A DNA stretch of 64,000 nucleotides. It comes from Octopus sinensis (lineage: Eukaryota). The position numbers and the translations under genes are program-made. Positions 13,566 through 26,747 of the stretch are shown here, in pieces. The stretch is taken from contig NC_043003.1 of NCBI RefSeq assembly GCF_006345805.1, positions 96,534,001-96,598,000 on the forward strand, in the 5' to 3' direction. Under the pieces are notes generated by a model. It saw only the letters and a list, made by a program, of their open reading frames with translations. It did not search any database and was not told the DNA's origin. Numbering within the stretch: the first letter of the stretch is position 1; every line of letters begins with the position of its first letter.

Positions 13566-16500
13566 TTATGTGTCCTTTTCTGTCACATCAGCAATAGTAG
13601 ACTGAGGTGTATCTGTACTGCCTTCATTACATTCTTCTAAGCCTGTATTTCCTGCAGTTGCTATTGTATTGCCAGCTGTGTCATCCTGCGATCCATCTTG
13701 GCATTCCTCTTTGGAAACTGCATAATATGAAGCTAACATTTTAGCATAACCTGTATCATCTTTATTAAGTTCAAAATCTAAGGATAAAGATTTACTATCA
13801 AACCAACAATCTTCACTACCAGAACTGGATTTAGTTGGTGAATAGTAAGATGCTGAACTTATTTCACTATTGTCTGTATATTCTATATTAGCACCAGTTT
13901 CAGCATTGTTAGTGGGTGATGTTTGTTCATCTTGGCATATGCTTGCTGATATTTCAGATTCTACCTGTTTTGGGGTCTCACAAGTCATTGGCTGGTTTTC
14001 ATAACAGCTTTCATTTCCTAGAGGCATGTCAACCAATGTATCACTAGATCTATCACTTTGTGGATTGCTGTCATTATCAAAATTTTCAAAATTTTCTCCC
14101 AGAGTAAAATGTTGGTCTGTTTGGGACAGATTATCATCACAACAGTCTTTTCCACTTGAGTTATGTCCTTCAGAACAATTGCTTTGGTTAGTTAAGTTAT
14201 CTTCAGTTGCAATCTGGTTTGATTCAGAGATATTACTATCTGCACTGAGTGGCTCACAGCTTTCAGTTTCTGTCAGTGGTGACTGATCTGATTCAGTAAT
14301 ATTCTGGACAACTTCATTGGTTACTAAAGGTTGATGTGTTTGGATTGTATCCTTAGAAGTTTCACTTTCTGTAATTGATTCATCTTGAATATTTGATGGC
14401 AATTCTTGGTTAAGGTCACTTTCAGTAAATGTACTTTGTTCCTTTACAGAAATATCCTTTCCATCATTTTCATTAGTAGAGATTTCTGACTGTGTATCAT
14501 GTACGTTTTCCATATCTGTAGTTGTTACATTCTCCTTAGCTGCTTCATTCTTGCAATCTCCATGTGGTGATGAAGGATATTCTGAAGAAGCACAATATAT
14601 ATTGTCATCAATTGGCACACCTTTAACAGTTTCAAGATTAGAGTCAATATTGCCAGAAACGCTAACTATTTTAGCTTTAGTATACTTATTCTGTGGAATC
14701 AGAAAGAGAAATCCCATGCTGTCAACATCTTCATCAATTCTCTTAACTGGGGAGCTTAATGGAGAAAAGATAACTCGATTTGCTCGTATTTCTTCTTCCT
14801 CTTCCTCAAATGAAGATTCTGTCATTGAATTTGATGGAAAAAAAAATTGTGGGTGAGGAGAAGAAGCTCGGGATGAAGATTCAGGACTGTTTTGAGGACA
14901 GAGTGGAGACTGTCGGCCAGATAAATTAATTTTTTCTTCAAATTGTTTGGTAATTTTTCTAACAGGAGATTCTTTTGGTTTGTTCAAGTCCTCTGTTGGT
15001 TGATGTAACAAATAGCTGTGATCTGTCAGAAAAGCATCAGCAAAAAGTGCACAATCTTTAATTATATTGGATTCAATCTCTTGGGAATTCCGTCTTGGTT
15101 TTCTAGGGGATTCTATGTTATGTAGCGCTTCTTGATTTGTTTTAAACATAGAGTTTGTATCTTCAGTGACTGCCTCTTCCATAACAGTATCTAGTTGATG
15201 GGGAATTGGTGTTATTCTCCCGGTTCGCTTAAGAGTATCAGTAAAGGCAGCATATTCTCTGAAGGCATTCATTTCTGCTTCAGTAGCATTATATGGTAAT
15301 CTGTCCCATCCCTTTTGAGAGAAAGCAGGATTCATTCTACTGTCTTTTTGATTGTCAGGAATATTTTTGGTAGTTTCTGAACCCTTTTCTGCAAGAAATG
15401 TTCTGATTTCACTGCTAATTGAGTCTACAAATACATTCTCTATTCTATTGTCTTCATCTTTGACAGCAGGTGCAATACTGTCATGTTGCATGGTGACAGT
15501 TTCAAATTCAGACTCAGAGTTATATGTTAACGTTTCTACCTTAAATACTTTTGTTTCTTCATCAACATCGATAGAACATTCTTGGAGATTTTTAGTTGGT
15601 TTTTCTGACACTTCACTACCTATGGAAGACATCTGTTCTGAGTCACTAACAATGGTAACGTTATATTCTTTAAAAACTTCATTTGAACTATCAGAATCAT
15701 CACTTTCTTTCGAAGATGTTTCTGTTGAATCTCTGACAATTAAAGGGATACATTCTTCTCCAAGGTTTTCAACCAAAGTACTTGGCAATTCACAGTCTTT
15801 AGAAGACATCTGTTTTGATTCAGTAAATATTTTCTCAATATCATGAGGACTCTCTTTTGTAATTCCTTCCAAAATGTTTTGTAACTCACTGTCTTCTGCA
15901 GATAATTTTATTGATTCAGTGATTACATCATTAACAAATTTTAGAATCTGATCATCTTGATATTTACAGAGGGAATGAGGAGAAAGATCTGGAGATACAC
16001 TGCTTTGTTTTTCAGGAAGCTTTATTGTAATATCCTTTAGAGTCACAGAACTTAATGAAATATCTGCATCTGCATCTACATCATCCAAAACACTTGGAGA
16101 AACCTGAGAGCAACGTCTAACCATAGAACGTCCTCTTTCCCTTGGAACAGAAATAAATATATCATCATCATCATCACTTATAGAAGGTGACTGATTATAT
16201 TTACTTCGAGCAGAATATTTTAAGGGAAATTTTATATTTTCAAAGTCTTCAGAGTCTGTAGAATCTTCAGCACTGCTACTTGGATCATACTCATTATCAT
16301 CGTCACTGAGAATTTTTTCTCTCATGTTATTCTTTTCTAACATATTAGGTAAAACACTTGTTTGCAAATGTTCAGACTTGATATGGTTTTCCCTATCAGC
16401 CTCCACTTCACTTTCCAGTTCATTTAGTTTGAATTTCTCCTCTTTTGTAAATTGACTGCTTAAATCCGGGGCACTTTTAGCAAAGTCTTTGACAATGGCT

Positions 16501-17589
16501 GTTGTTTCATTAAGCTCAAGATGTGGGGAGTTTCCAGCACTCTTTGATTTCTTTGTCAGAAAGTTGTTTTGAGCTGTTTCATCAATGGTGATGAAACCTG
16601 AACTTGTATTTATATATTGCTGACCTTCACTGTTATCTAATTCACTTAAACTATCTGATTCATAGTTTAGACTTGCTAACATACTTTCATTTAGAGTAAT
16701 GTGTGGAATAGAAACACATGAAGAATTTGCAGATACTGAACTTAGTCTATCATTTAAATAATTTGGCATTAATTCATTTTTATTAGGTCCTTCTACTATT
16801 GAAATAAATGAACCACTAGCATTTGATGAAGTCTTGACAAAGGTTGGAGTAGACTCGGAACTGCTCTTTGCTAAACCAGCTTCGACGTCTTCTATAGAGT
16901 TTGCTACATAAATGATATCATTGCCACACATCACAGCACGTAATTGAGGGGCATGTTCTGAAATGTCATCTTTTGGGCCAACTGGAACAGGGCATTGTGG
17001 TCCAATAGTAGGTGTACTCATGAAGTTTTTGCAGTCATTCTCATTTTCTTCTTCGGGTATATTTTCGAGATTATTTTTTATATCATAATGTGATACAAAT
17101 ATGTCAGGAATTGAATCTTCGTTGCTAATTTTGTTAATTACATTCATGTCAACCACTTCATCACAAGAAGATGGTAATTTTAGGTCAGGTAAAGGAATAT
17201 CACTAGCAGACATTGGACCTGTAATAGTGGGTTTCGATTTTTGTGTTGCTTTTGAAGAAATTTCCATTTGCAGAGTTTTGGGATCTTCGGTAATCTGTAT
17301 TGCTGTTCTATTAGGAGTAATTTCAGGTTTTGGTACATGCAATGGAGTTGGGCTACCATCTCGATCAAAATCAACAACAAAGTGGTCAGGTACTGGTTCA
17401 CTTTTGCTAATCATACCAAACGTTGTAATAGTGTTTTGGGGCCCAGTGATGCAAGAAATCCCCATTTCATTACTAAGCGAAGGGCTACTGTTAAACTGGT
17501 ATGGACTGTTCATGTAATCATCATGCCAGGAAAATGGCATACCAGCATTGTTACCACTCATATCATGACTTCGGCTTGTTGGAAGATCA
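13566..17589 (-). CDS. Giant single-exon ORF encoding a ~1340-aa acidic Ser/Thr/Asp/Glu-rich, probably disordered polypeptide; possibly an alternative last exon of DHRSX
   Basis: More than 4 kb without a stop in AT-rich DNA implies coding constraint. Acceptor tatgtatttcag|T at 17590/17589; stop TAA at 13566-13568; AATAAA on - at 13322-13327 and 13333-13338. No recognisable folded domain or TE motif. Confidence 0.85.
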
Positions 17590-17959
17590 CTGAAATACAT
17601 ACGTAAAGATGATTTTGTAAAAGTGGCTGGTAGATTGTGCCATGTTGTCATAGATATGTGTAAATAAAAAATAGGCAACAATGCATTGTGTACTCTACAA
17701 AACTCTGTCTTAAAGATGATAAAGCATTGAGTAGGGAGAATTTCAGAAAGTGCAAACTAAATATGCAGTCTTTAAAAACAAGTGCAGGTGTGTCAAGAGT
17801 TAATATCCCTGCCAAAAATGCATTATGTAGATGTCCGTTACAAGGACATCAAGTTTCAATGTGGAGGATGACAGGGAATCCCAGAAAGTGACTACTGAAG
17901 TGTGACATCTAATTTCAGCTGTACATCATATGGTGAGTAATCACTGTATGCCATGAAGT

Positions 17960-18200
17960 ATATTTACAGTCAGTTGTGCATCAAAAGGACAGATAGAGCA
18001 GATGACCACTGAAGTGTTACATTATGTATATGTATTGTCAGTCGTGCAACATGAGGGCAGGTAGTTCAGGTAGCCAATGATGTGAAACAGACTATATCTG
18101 TTGTCAGTTGTAGATGGAAAAAAGGCAGATAGCTGATGTGACAAATGAGGTATGATTAAGGTATATTCAGCGTCAGTTGTGCATCTAAAGGATAAATAAC
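17960..18200. repeat. Degenerate minisatellite, period ~64-71 bp
   Basis: Core gtcagttgtgcatc or variants at about 17969, 18037, 18101 and 18172. Confidence 0.6.
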
Positions 18201-20822
18201 TTGAGCAAGTGTTGAGGTGTGATGTAGAGTGTATTTAATGCTCTGTACATCTCAAGGTCAGGTAGATTAGAAAACATAACTTATCAGGTGTTTATGAAAA
18301 TTAAGCTCTGGCTGTAAAAAGAAACATCATGAGGTATATCAAGCGTATTGATTGTCTTTGAGGCAAATAAAAAAAACATGAAAATTTGTTTCTGTGAGAT
18401 CAGCAAAAAGTATATCAAAACTACAGCAAGAGTAGGATAATCTTTGGTAACATAATAATGTAGCTCTTACATTCACTTTAATTTAGCTGTGTACATAATC
18501 CTGAACCAAGATTTTCATTTCTATAGTAATAGTTCCGCAGCAGCACTGTTACTTAGGCATTCATGACAAAAAAGAGCTGGTGGTATAGATGAACGGATAA
18601 CACAATGATGTACCTGCTCATAGGTTGTGAGTTCAAATCGACTTGAGTCATTTTGTTGTTTCTGGGCACAGTTCTTTATGCTATACTTCTGCTTACCAAC
18701 TTATTGGTAATAAGCATGTGAACATCTGCAAGGACTATAGTGTTCTATCCACAGGGGAGAGTAACCTTTGGTTTGTTTCCTGCTTTGAAACTGGAGCAAA
18801 GCACCAATCCTTAAAAGTCCTTAAAGGTTTTGGAAGCATTTACATGTTTCTTTCCTGATTGCAATACTAAGTGTTGAGCTGTGTGAATGTAGTTACCAAA
18901 AAGTAATGAAATGATGAAAACTAAAAGAAATTTGACTTCCTGTGTTATTTGCTGGTGGTGGTACCTTTTCCTGCTGCCGAAGGTCATTCAGTAAAAGATC
19001 TATGTAGCTCTGTCTGCCTGTATGGAAGTTGAAGAATTTGGATGGATTTTTAAAGGATTAAACCTGAAACACTCAAGTTATTTTATTTACAAGTATTCTA
19101 CTTTACAATACATATGCATGCATGCGTGCACACACACACACACACACAAACATGCATACAGACATGCACACACATATGCACCTGCATGTACAGGTATTGC
19201 TGTTGGGTTAAGAAGTCTGCTTTGTAACCACATAGTGTCATGTTTAATTCCACTATATGGCACCTTAGGCAGGTGTCATCTAATATGGCTTAGGGTTGAC
19301 CAATGCCTCATGAATAAAAATTAGCTGGATAGAAACTGTATGGAAGCATGTTGTCCATATATATATATATATACATCATCATCATCATCATTTAGCATCT
19401 GCTTTCCATGCTGGCATGGGTTGGACGGTTCAACTGGGCTCTGGGAAGCCAGAAGGCTGCATCAGGCCCAGTCTGATCTGGCAATGTTTCTACGGCTGGA
19501 TGCCCTTCCTAACGCCAACCACTCCATGAGTGTAGTGGGTGCTTTTACGTGCCACCAGCACAGGTGCCAGACGAGGCTGGCAAACGGCCATGATCGGATG
19601 GTGCTTTTTATGTCCCACCGGCACAGGTGCCAGGCGAGGCTGGCAACGGCCACGATCAGATGGTGCTTTCTACATGCCACTGGCACGTATATATATATAT
19701 AATATATATGTATAAATATATATAGACAGAGGGCTTCCAAGCAGTTTCACACACACACACATTTGTGTGTGTCTGTGCGTGTTCTTGTGTAGGTCTTTAT
19801 AATGCCACCATTCTGCTGACAGTGATAATGTTTATGTCCCTCACAAGCAAAAATTCTGGCACTTCATGAAAGGTCATGAAATAAAGTACCTTAGTTAAAA
19901 ACAAGCAAAAGTCAGTGTTTGGAAGAGCATCTAGCTGTACAAATCCACAACCAACAAATCTTGTCTAACCCATGCCAGCATAGAAAAGCAGTGGATAGAT
20001 AAAGAATATTGATGATGACAATGATATAACACAAATCTGTGCACACATACATATATATACTCACAGGTGTACAACTGAAACAAAATATAATAATAATAAT
20101 ATAATAATAATCCTTTCTACTAAAAGCACAGGGCCTGAAATTTGAGGAGAGAGGACTTGTTAAACCCCAGTGTTTCACTGGTACTTAATTTATTGACTCC
20201 AAAAGGATGAAAGGCAAAGTCAACCATTTAAGGTGTAAGTGCACAAGGTAGTCTGACTCTGCATAAGGAATAGACAACCACACACACACACACATGTATG
20301 TGTGTGTGTGTGTGCAACTGTGTTTGTTTACATTTGTGCATCTCTGGAAATTGCATGCTTTCTTGTCAACAAATCATCCACTAGATTTGTGTTTCCAAAG
20401 ATGTGTGAAATAAAAGGCCGCTTTCTTGGAAAACAGGTAAGGGTTAGCAACAGGAAGAGCATCCAGCTGTAAAACAATGTCTCAATAATATAATTGTCTA
20501 ATGCATGCTAGCACTGGAAAACAAATATAAAGACAACAGATTGTAATGGTGGACAAACTGCTTTCATAGGATCCAATCTGCCCATATCTTGAACAATTTA
20601 TATAAACCATATCTGACTCTCAGAATATATGAGAAAGGTACTTGACCATTACAAGTTTTACAAAAGACTGGCACAAGGTCACCAATTACAGAGGCAGGGT
20701 ATAGTCAACTGAATCAGCTTCAGTGCATGGCTGGTACTTATACTGACCTTAAAAAGGTAAAAGGTAAGGTTACTTTCAGCAGGATTTAAACTTGCAAAGT
20801 AAAGATATATTTTTTTTCTTTT

Positions 20823-21009
20823 TCTTTTACTTGTTTCAGTCATTTGACTGTGGCCATGCTGGAGCACCGCCTTTAGTCGAGCAACTCGACCCTGGGACTT
20901 ATTCTTTTGTAAGCCCAGTACTTATTCTATCGGTCTCTTTTGCCGAACCGCTAAGTGACGGGGATATAAACACACCAGCATCGGTTGACAAGCAATGCTA
21001 GGGGGACAA

Positions 21010-21040
<31 letters not shown>

Positions 21041-21210
21041 CATATATACGACAGGCTTCTTTCAGTTTCCGTCTACCAAATCCACTCACAAGGCTTTGGT
21101 TGGCCCGAGGTTATAGAAGAAGACACTTGCCTAAGGTGCCACGCAGTGGGACTGAACCCGGAACCATGTGGTTGGTAAGCAAGCTACTTACCATACAGCC
21201 ACTCCTGCAC
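20823..21210 (-). mobile_element. tRNA-derived SINE family A with internal CA/TA tract
   Basis: A ~390-bp unit (cttttacttgtttcagtcatttgactg.ggccatgctggagcaccgcc...ccacacagccactcct). Near-identical copies at 32433-32832, 41268-41662, 41786-42183 and 47158-47560; partial copies at 4370-4520 and 57690-58250. Confidence 0.8.
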
Positions 21211-23701
21211 CTATATGTAGTAAAATAATTAAAGACATTTTCTGGTTCTCTACAGACTCTCCTCAACCACCCTCTAAGCATCATAAAAATATTAGATAAT
21301 GGCACAAGTAGCACAACCTGCACTCCACAAGAACATATCTGTTACATTCTTTCTTTTAAACATTAAACTAATATAATATTTGTTAATATTTATCCATCAT
21401 GTGTTATCTTTTTTCTTGATTTTGTTCATTACAATTCCAATACATATTATCACACTGATATTGTGTCCCACTAAGGCCAACCTTGTCTTTCATCCTTTTG
21501 GGGGTCAATGGAATAAGTACCAGTTGAATGCTGGGGTCAAAATAAAATTGGGTCTTGTGCTTCCAGTAGAAAGGATTGTTACATTGATATTACAAGACAG
21601 TTAATGGCATAACAGTCAGACAAAGCATCTTGTGATATTTAGCTGCATTTCTTTATGTTCTGAGTTTAAAATCCCACCACAGCTGATTTTAGGGATCAGT
21701 TAAAACAAGAACCAGTTAAATGTGGGATTGATTTAATCAATTGACTCTTTCTCCCCAAATTCATGGTCTTCAATTAATGCAAGAAATCATCATATAGATA
21801 TTATCATTGCTACGATTTTTCTAGATTGTTTGCAATTATTTTACTTTAATTTGTTTGTTTAAACATTGCATGACACACAATTGCAAATAATAATCTACGG
21901 AAAATTCTTATTTCTTATTAAATAGTGTAGCTCATTAGATCAGCCGAAGGTCTTAAAGCCATCCACCATATTTGAGAGGATTAAGAAAAAAATGTAAATA
22001 AAAGAAGAGAAAAAAAAAAACAAAGTACTCTAAAGATAATTATGAAATAGATTAGTTCTGAAGTACTTGATATAACGACATTTCTATTTAGAAAGCCTGT
22101 GTTGATTAAATCTGGGATAATCTTACCAGAAAAATTATTACTCATTTTGTTTTGATATTATTCACACAACAACATACTACAGTCTAATGCTATTTTATAA
22201 CATATTCTTATAATCTCTTTACCCTGGATTAGCTACAGTAGTGTTTAGGCATGTGTTGACGTTACACTCCCCTTTTACCAGCTACCATTCACTTGAAGTA
22301 TCACCAAAGGATGTTCTGTTATAGTTCCATTCACGTCTACAGTGCTTTATTAGAATTGACTCAAGTACTTGATTGCTACTTTATTTTATCAACCCAGGAA
22401 GGATAAATGGCAAAGTTTAGCCACTGGCCTCAGCAAGATTTGAATGCTGCTATTTTCTCTCCTCAACCCTCTTTCACTTTGCTGTCAATCCTCTGTTGAT
22501 CTTAAACACTTCAATATTTTACTTATGCAACTCTGCATATTTTGATAACACTGTACTTTCTACTGCTAATGTCAGCATATAAGCTATGTAACCGCTTGTT
22601 TCATAAAAAAAAAACCTTCCTTTGATATAAAAAAAGATCTTCCTTTCATATCATTAAAGTTTAATGATGTCAAAACTAAAGTATTATTATGGCAGAATCA
22701 TTAGCATGCTGGGCGAAACGTTTATCAGTATTTTGTCTGTCTTTACATTCTGAGTTTAAATTCTGCTGGGGTTGATTTTGTTTTTCATCCTTTCATGGTT
22801 GATAAAATAAGTACTAGCCAAGCACTGGGGTTGATGTGACTAGTCCTCTCCCCTGAAATTTCTGGCCTTGTGCCTCTAGTAAAAAAGATTATTATTTCAA
22901 GCAAGAAATTTAATGGAAAACTTTAATCTTGAAGGACTCCTCTACATTAATACATGTCTCTCTACTTTATGTCATCTGTACAATGTTGCTCCTTTCTCTC
23001 AACTACAAACATCTCATTACAAATGCTCTTATACTAAGAGTCAAATAAATACACTGACACTTAGTGACTGACATTCTGGATTTTCAACCAATATCTACCA
23101 AAAATTTTCATTGAACTTGGTCTAAAATCTAAATCTATCTTCCTTTGAAACATCTATCATATAATATAAAGGCCTCAATCTGCAAAACTAGCTGGTAGCA
23201 ACTGAATCTATCAATCATTGTGTAGTCTTTCATTTCAAGCATTATCATTCAGTAAAGGTTTATTTTCTCCATATTGTTTTATATGATGGCCATGCAATAG
23301 AAAGCAAGGATCAGTGAGATTTTCAATTACTATTATTACTGTTGACATATAGTCAAAGAATGAGTCTTGTAGCTTCGTTAGTAGCTCATGTTTGACTGTA
23401 ATACTTGTTTATTGCCTCTAAGCTACTTCAGTTAGGTATCTTTTTCACCTTGTCAGAATAGGAAGGAAATATTAAAGATTAGGAAGGAAATATTAAAAGC
23501 AATGTTTTTTGCTTTGGTCAAACTGCAAGTGTGATGAGAAAATGTTAAATATCAAAACAAAGATACAATTATTTTACAGCCTTTAACATTTAGGTTTCAT
23601 TTTAATGTATTAAAAACTCCTTCTTCCTTCTTGCAAAAGTGGAAAAATAACAGCAGTAACTCACACACACAACTAACATTTAACAAAGTGTTTGTTCAGA
23701 C

Positions 23702-23884
23702 TTACTGTGGATCAATACCCAAAACTGAACAGGTAGTGTGCCATATTGCTTGTTGAAGCTGCATAGAATTTGACAGTTTACTGGATGTAGCTCTTTCACA
23801 ATTTTCATAGTAACCACCACTTTGCTTCTCAAGGTCTGGAGATAAGGCCACATGTAAAACTGTATCTGCACCTTGTTCAGGTGT
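23702..23884 (-). CDS. DHRSX: DHRSX-like SDR, exon 7 (short-form terminal exon, 183 nt including stop)
   Basis: tttttcag|ACACCTGAA, phase 0. Encodes TPEQGADTVLHVALSPDLEKQSGGYYENCERATSSKLSNSMQLQQAIWHTTCSVLGIDPQ*. The seven exons total 1005 nt = 334 aa plus stop. AATAAA on - at about 23408-23413. Confidence 0.9.
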   Translation of the reverse strand, partial: TPEQGADTVLHVALSPDLEKQSGGYYENCERATSSKLSNSMQLQQAIWHTTCSVLGIDPQ

Positions 23885-25585
23885 CTGAAAAATAATAATA
23901 GATAGAAAAATTACAGTAAAAAGATCTTATTATGTGAGTAAAACATTAACCTAGTTTTGAGTGTTGTTGATATTTAAACTCAAATTGGCTCTAAGTGGCA
24001 ATCTTGTTTTTTAAGATTATAATTATCTAAAGCATCCTTTAAGTATTTAAGGCAGTAAGGAGAAATTTGAAGAAAATTTAGCTGCTACTTTTAGCATGTG
24101 GGGGCATCACATTGGTTCATAGCCATAGGTATTAAATTTGATGTCAAAAGATTGTTCTCACATCAACTATCATATGTAGTCCCTATTCAGAATCAGAATA
24201 TAGATCCAATGATAACTGGCTAAAACAAACTCAGTAAGCTAATGAAATACTTTTAAAATGCTTCTGATTCCCGGTGTTATAATATTTATTTATCACCATC
24301 CGAGTGTGATCGTTGCCAGAGCAGCCAACTGGCTTCCGTACCCGTGGCACATAAAAGGGCACCATTTGAGCGTGATCATTACTAACGTCGCTTCACTGGC
24401 ACCTGTTCTGGTGGCACGTGTAAAAAGATTCGAGCGAGGTCATTGCCAGTGCCGCCTGACTAGCCCCCGTGCCAGTGGCACGTAAAAAGCACCCACTACA
24501 CACTCAGAGTGGTTGGCGTTAGGAAGGGCATCCAGCTGTAGAAACTCTGCCAGATCAAGATTGGAGCCTGGTGCAGCCATCTGGATCGCCAGCCCTCAGT
24601 CAAAATCGTCCAACCCATGCTAGCATGGAAAGCGGACGTTAAACGATGATAATGATGATGATGATGATGCCAAGCAGCTTGAGTTAAATATTTTGGCTAT
24701 GGAAACAGAGTAGCACTGACTTTAGTAAATATACTCTCAAAACACTATTTAATATTCCTCAGACCCCCTATTACCTCAGCTGCAATTCTCATTAAATCTG
24801 AGCTATATAAATTAATACTTAAATACATGGACAGAATCACACCCTATAATTAGTTAAACTAATGTGGTTAACTATTAGATGAATTTATGCCATCAGCTTT
24901 TTTTTTTGTTATTTACTCATGAATACTTTCAGTTGATCTAGTACCTTTTTATTTAAATCTTCTTTTGATACCAAACTGTCTGAGGCTGCCTTTGGTTGTA
25001 TGATACAAGCTTCTTGTTTTAACCCTTTGAAACAAAGTTACTATGGTGGTAATTGAAAGAAAATGCAACCAGTTTACTTAGCAGAGTATTATCTGATTAA
25101 ATGAATTTTTGGATACGTGGTTGTATGACAATGTTGCAGAAACAAAATAACCAGGTGAATAAGATATTAAATGACCAACTGATGAGTCTTGAATCCAAAT
25201 CAGCTAAAGATATTTTGTTGCATTTCTAATTATTTACTGAACTGTCAGATATAGGAGACATTCTGGGAAATGGCTTGGAGTATTGGTCATTCATTATTAG
25301 ATAAATCTATGATGGCGAGCCAGTAGAAGTGTTAGCATGCCAGGCAAAATACTTAGCAGCATTTCATCTGTCGTTACGTTCTGAGTTCAAATTCAGCCAA
25401 AGGTGATTTTGCCTTTCATCATTTTCGGGTTAATAAAATAAGTACCAGCTGAGCATTGGACTTGATGCAATTGACTTGCCATGTAAGATTAAGCAATTGA
25501 CTATACTTATTGCACAAGTGCAGAGGTTAAAAATAAACAAATGTAACTAATATTAGCCTAACATTAAAACAAATAATTTACTTAC

Positions 25586-25805
25586 CAAATAAAAGCGACT
25601 AATTAAGTAGCGAATTAATGGCACTGGAAACACAGCATTTGAATGCAAATTAGTATCGACAACCCCTGGATGAAGAGCATTCACAGTAACACGAAAGCAT
25701 TTGGCTGCTTTTAGCCTGCGAGCCAACTCGTAGGTAGCCATAATCATTGCCAGCTTTGATTGAGAGTATGAAGCATATGGAGAATAACGTGATGGTTTTG
25801 CTCCT
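25586..25805 (-). CDS. DHRSX: DHRSX-like SDR, exon 6 (220 nt)
   Basis: tttcttctcag|AGGAGC...TATTTG|gtaagt, phase 2 to 0. Encodes [53 protein letters not shown]..., with the catalytic YxxxK (YSQSK) and HPGVV.T motifs. Confidence 0.93.
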
Positions 25806-25860
25806 CTGAGAAGAAAAAAAAAATGAAAAAGAAAAATGAAAAACTGGGAGACACATATAT

Positions 25861-26264
25861 AAAGAGGTGCTCAAAAGTTCCTAGCTTTAAGGGTATTGTG
25901 AAAGGCCAGGGCTTAGAAAAACTGAAGGACCATTGCAGTGTGTAAATCTGAGAGGGGAATATGTTGAACAAAATCATAATTAACCCTTTAGTGTTCGCAT
26001 TATTCTGCCAAAATTAATGCTTCTTCATCTACATTGTTTTGAATTAATCATTCATTAATCTTGTAGCTATGAGAATTTGATGAAGTAGCTGTTAATTTTT
26101 AAGATGATATTGTAGGGCTGGTGTGAGAGACCAGATATGGCCAGTTTGAACATAAAACAAGCAGAATACTTTTGGCCGGATATGGCCGGTTTAAATGCTA
26201 AAGGGTTAAGTGATCCTCCTGTATTTTCTTTTACACAAAGCCAGCAACTTTTCAGCACCCCTCG
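25861..26264. mobile_element. Mariner-type MITE containing a nested piggyBac-like MITE (25984-26205)
   Basis: Outer TIRs ~gaggtgctcaaaagtt / aacttttcagcacccctcg|TA. Inner element is TTAA|CCCTTT...AAAGGG|TTAA. Confidence 0.7.
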
Positions 26265-26539
26265 TATACAGGAATATACAGGTGCATACATGTGTGTGTG
26301 TGTGTAGTTTGAAGTTCATTTTACAACCATATGGTTTCAGGTTCAGTCCTACTGCATGACATTTTGGCCAAGTGTCTTTTACTATAGACACAGGCTGACC
26401 AATGCTTCATGAGTGAATTTAGTTGAACAGAAACTGTACGAAAAAGTAAGAATAGTTTAAAATTACTAAATTAAAGAGGAGAATAATACAAAACAAAACA
26501 AAACCTGAAGACAGTAATAATATAAAGGTGGTGACTTAC

Positions 26540-26747
26540 TTTGAAGTGAAAGTTGACAAGTCTATATTTCCAACACGGTGTGTTGAAGACGAAACATTTA
26601 CAATCCTAGCAAATAACTGATTTGTCCCTGACATGTTGAGGACAGGAAGTAGCAAGATACTGAGCAAGAAGTGTCCCATATAGTTTACAGCTATGTGCCT
26701 CTCTAAACCATCTTCAGTTTTCTTGTAAGGGACATACATGACAGCAG
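26540..26747 (-). CDS. DHRSX: DHRSX-like SDR, exon 5 (208 nt)
   Basis: ttttgcag|CTGCTGTC...TCAAA|gtaagt, phase 1 to 2. Encodes AVMYVPYKKTEDGLERHIAVNYMGHFLLSILLLPVLNMSGTNQLFARIVNVSSSTHRVGNIDLSTFTS, including the NYxGHFLL and VNVSS (catalytic Ser) motifs. Confidence 0.93.

Noticed and set aside
14026-17606. Several + strand ORFs of 86-164 aa opposite the giant ORF
   Set aside because: Antisense shadows of a codon-biased long ORF; no independent motif or splice support.
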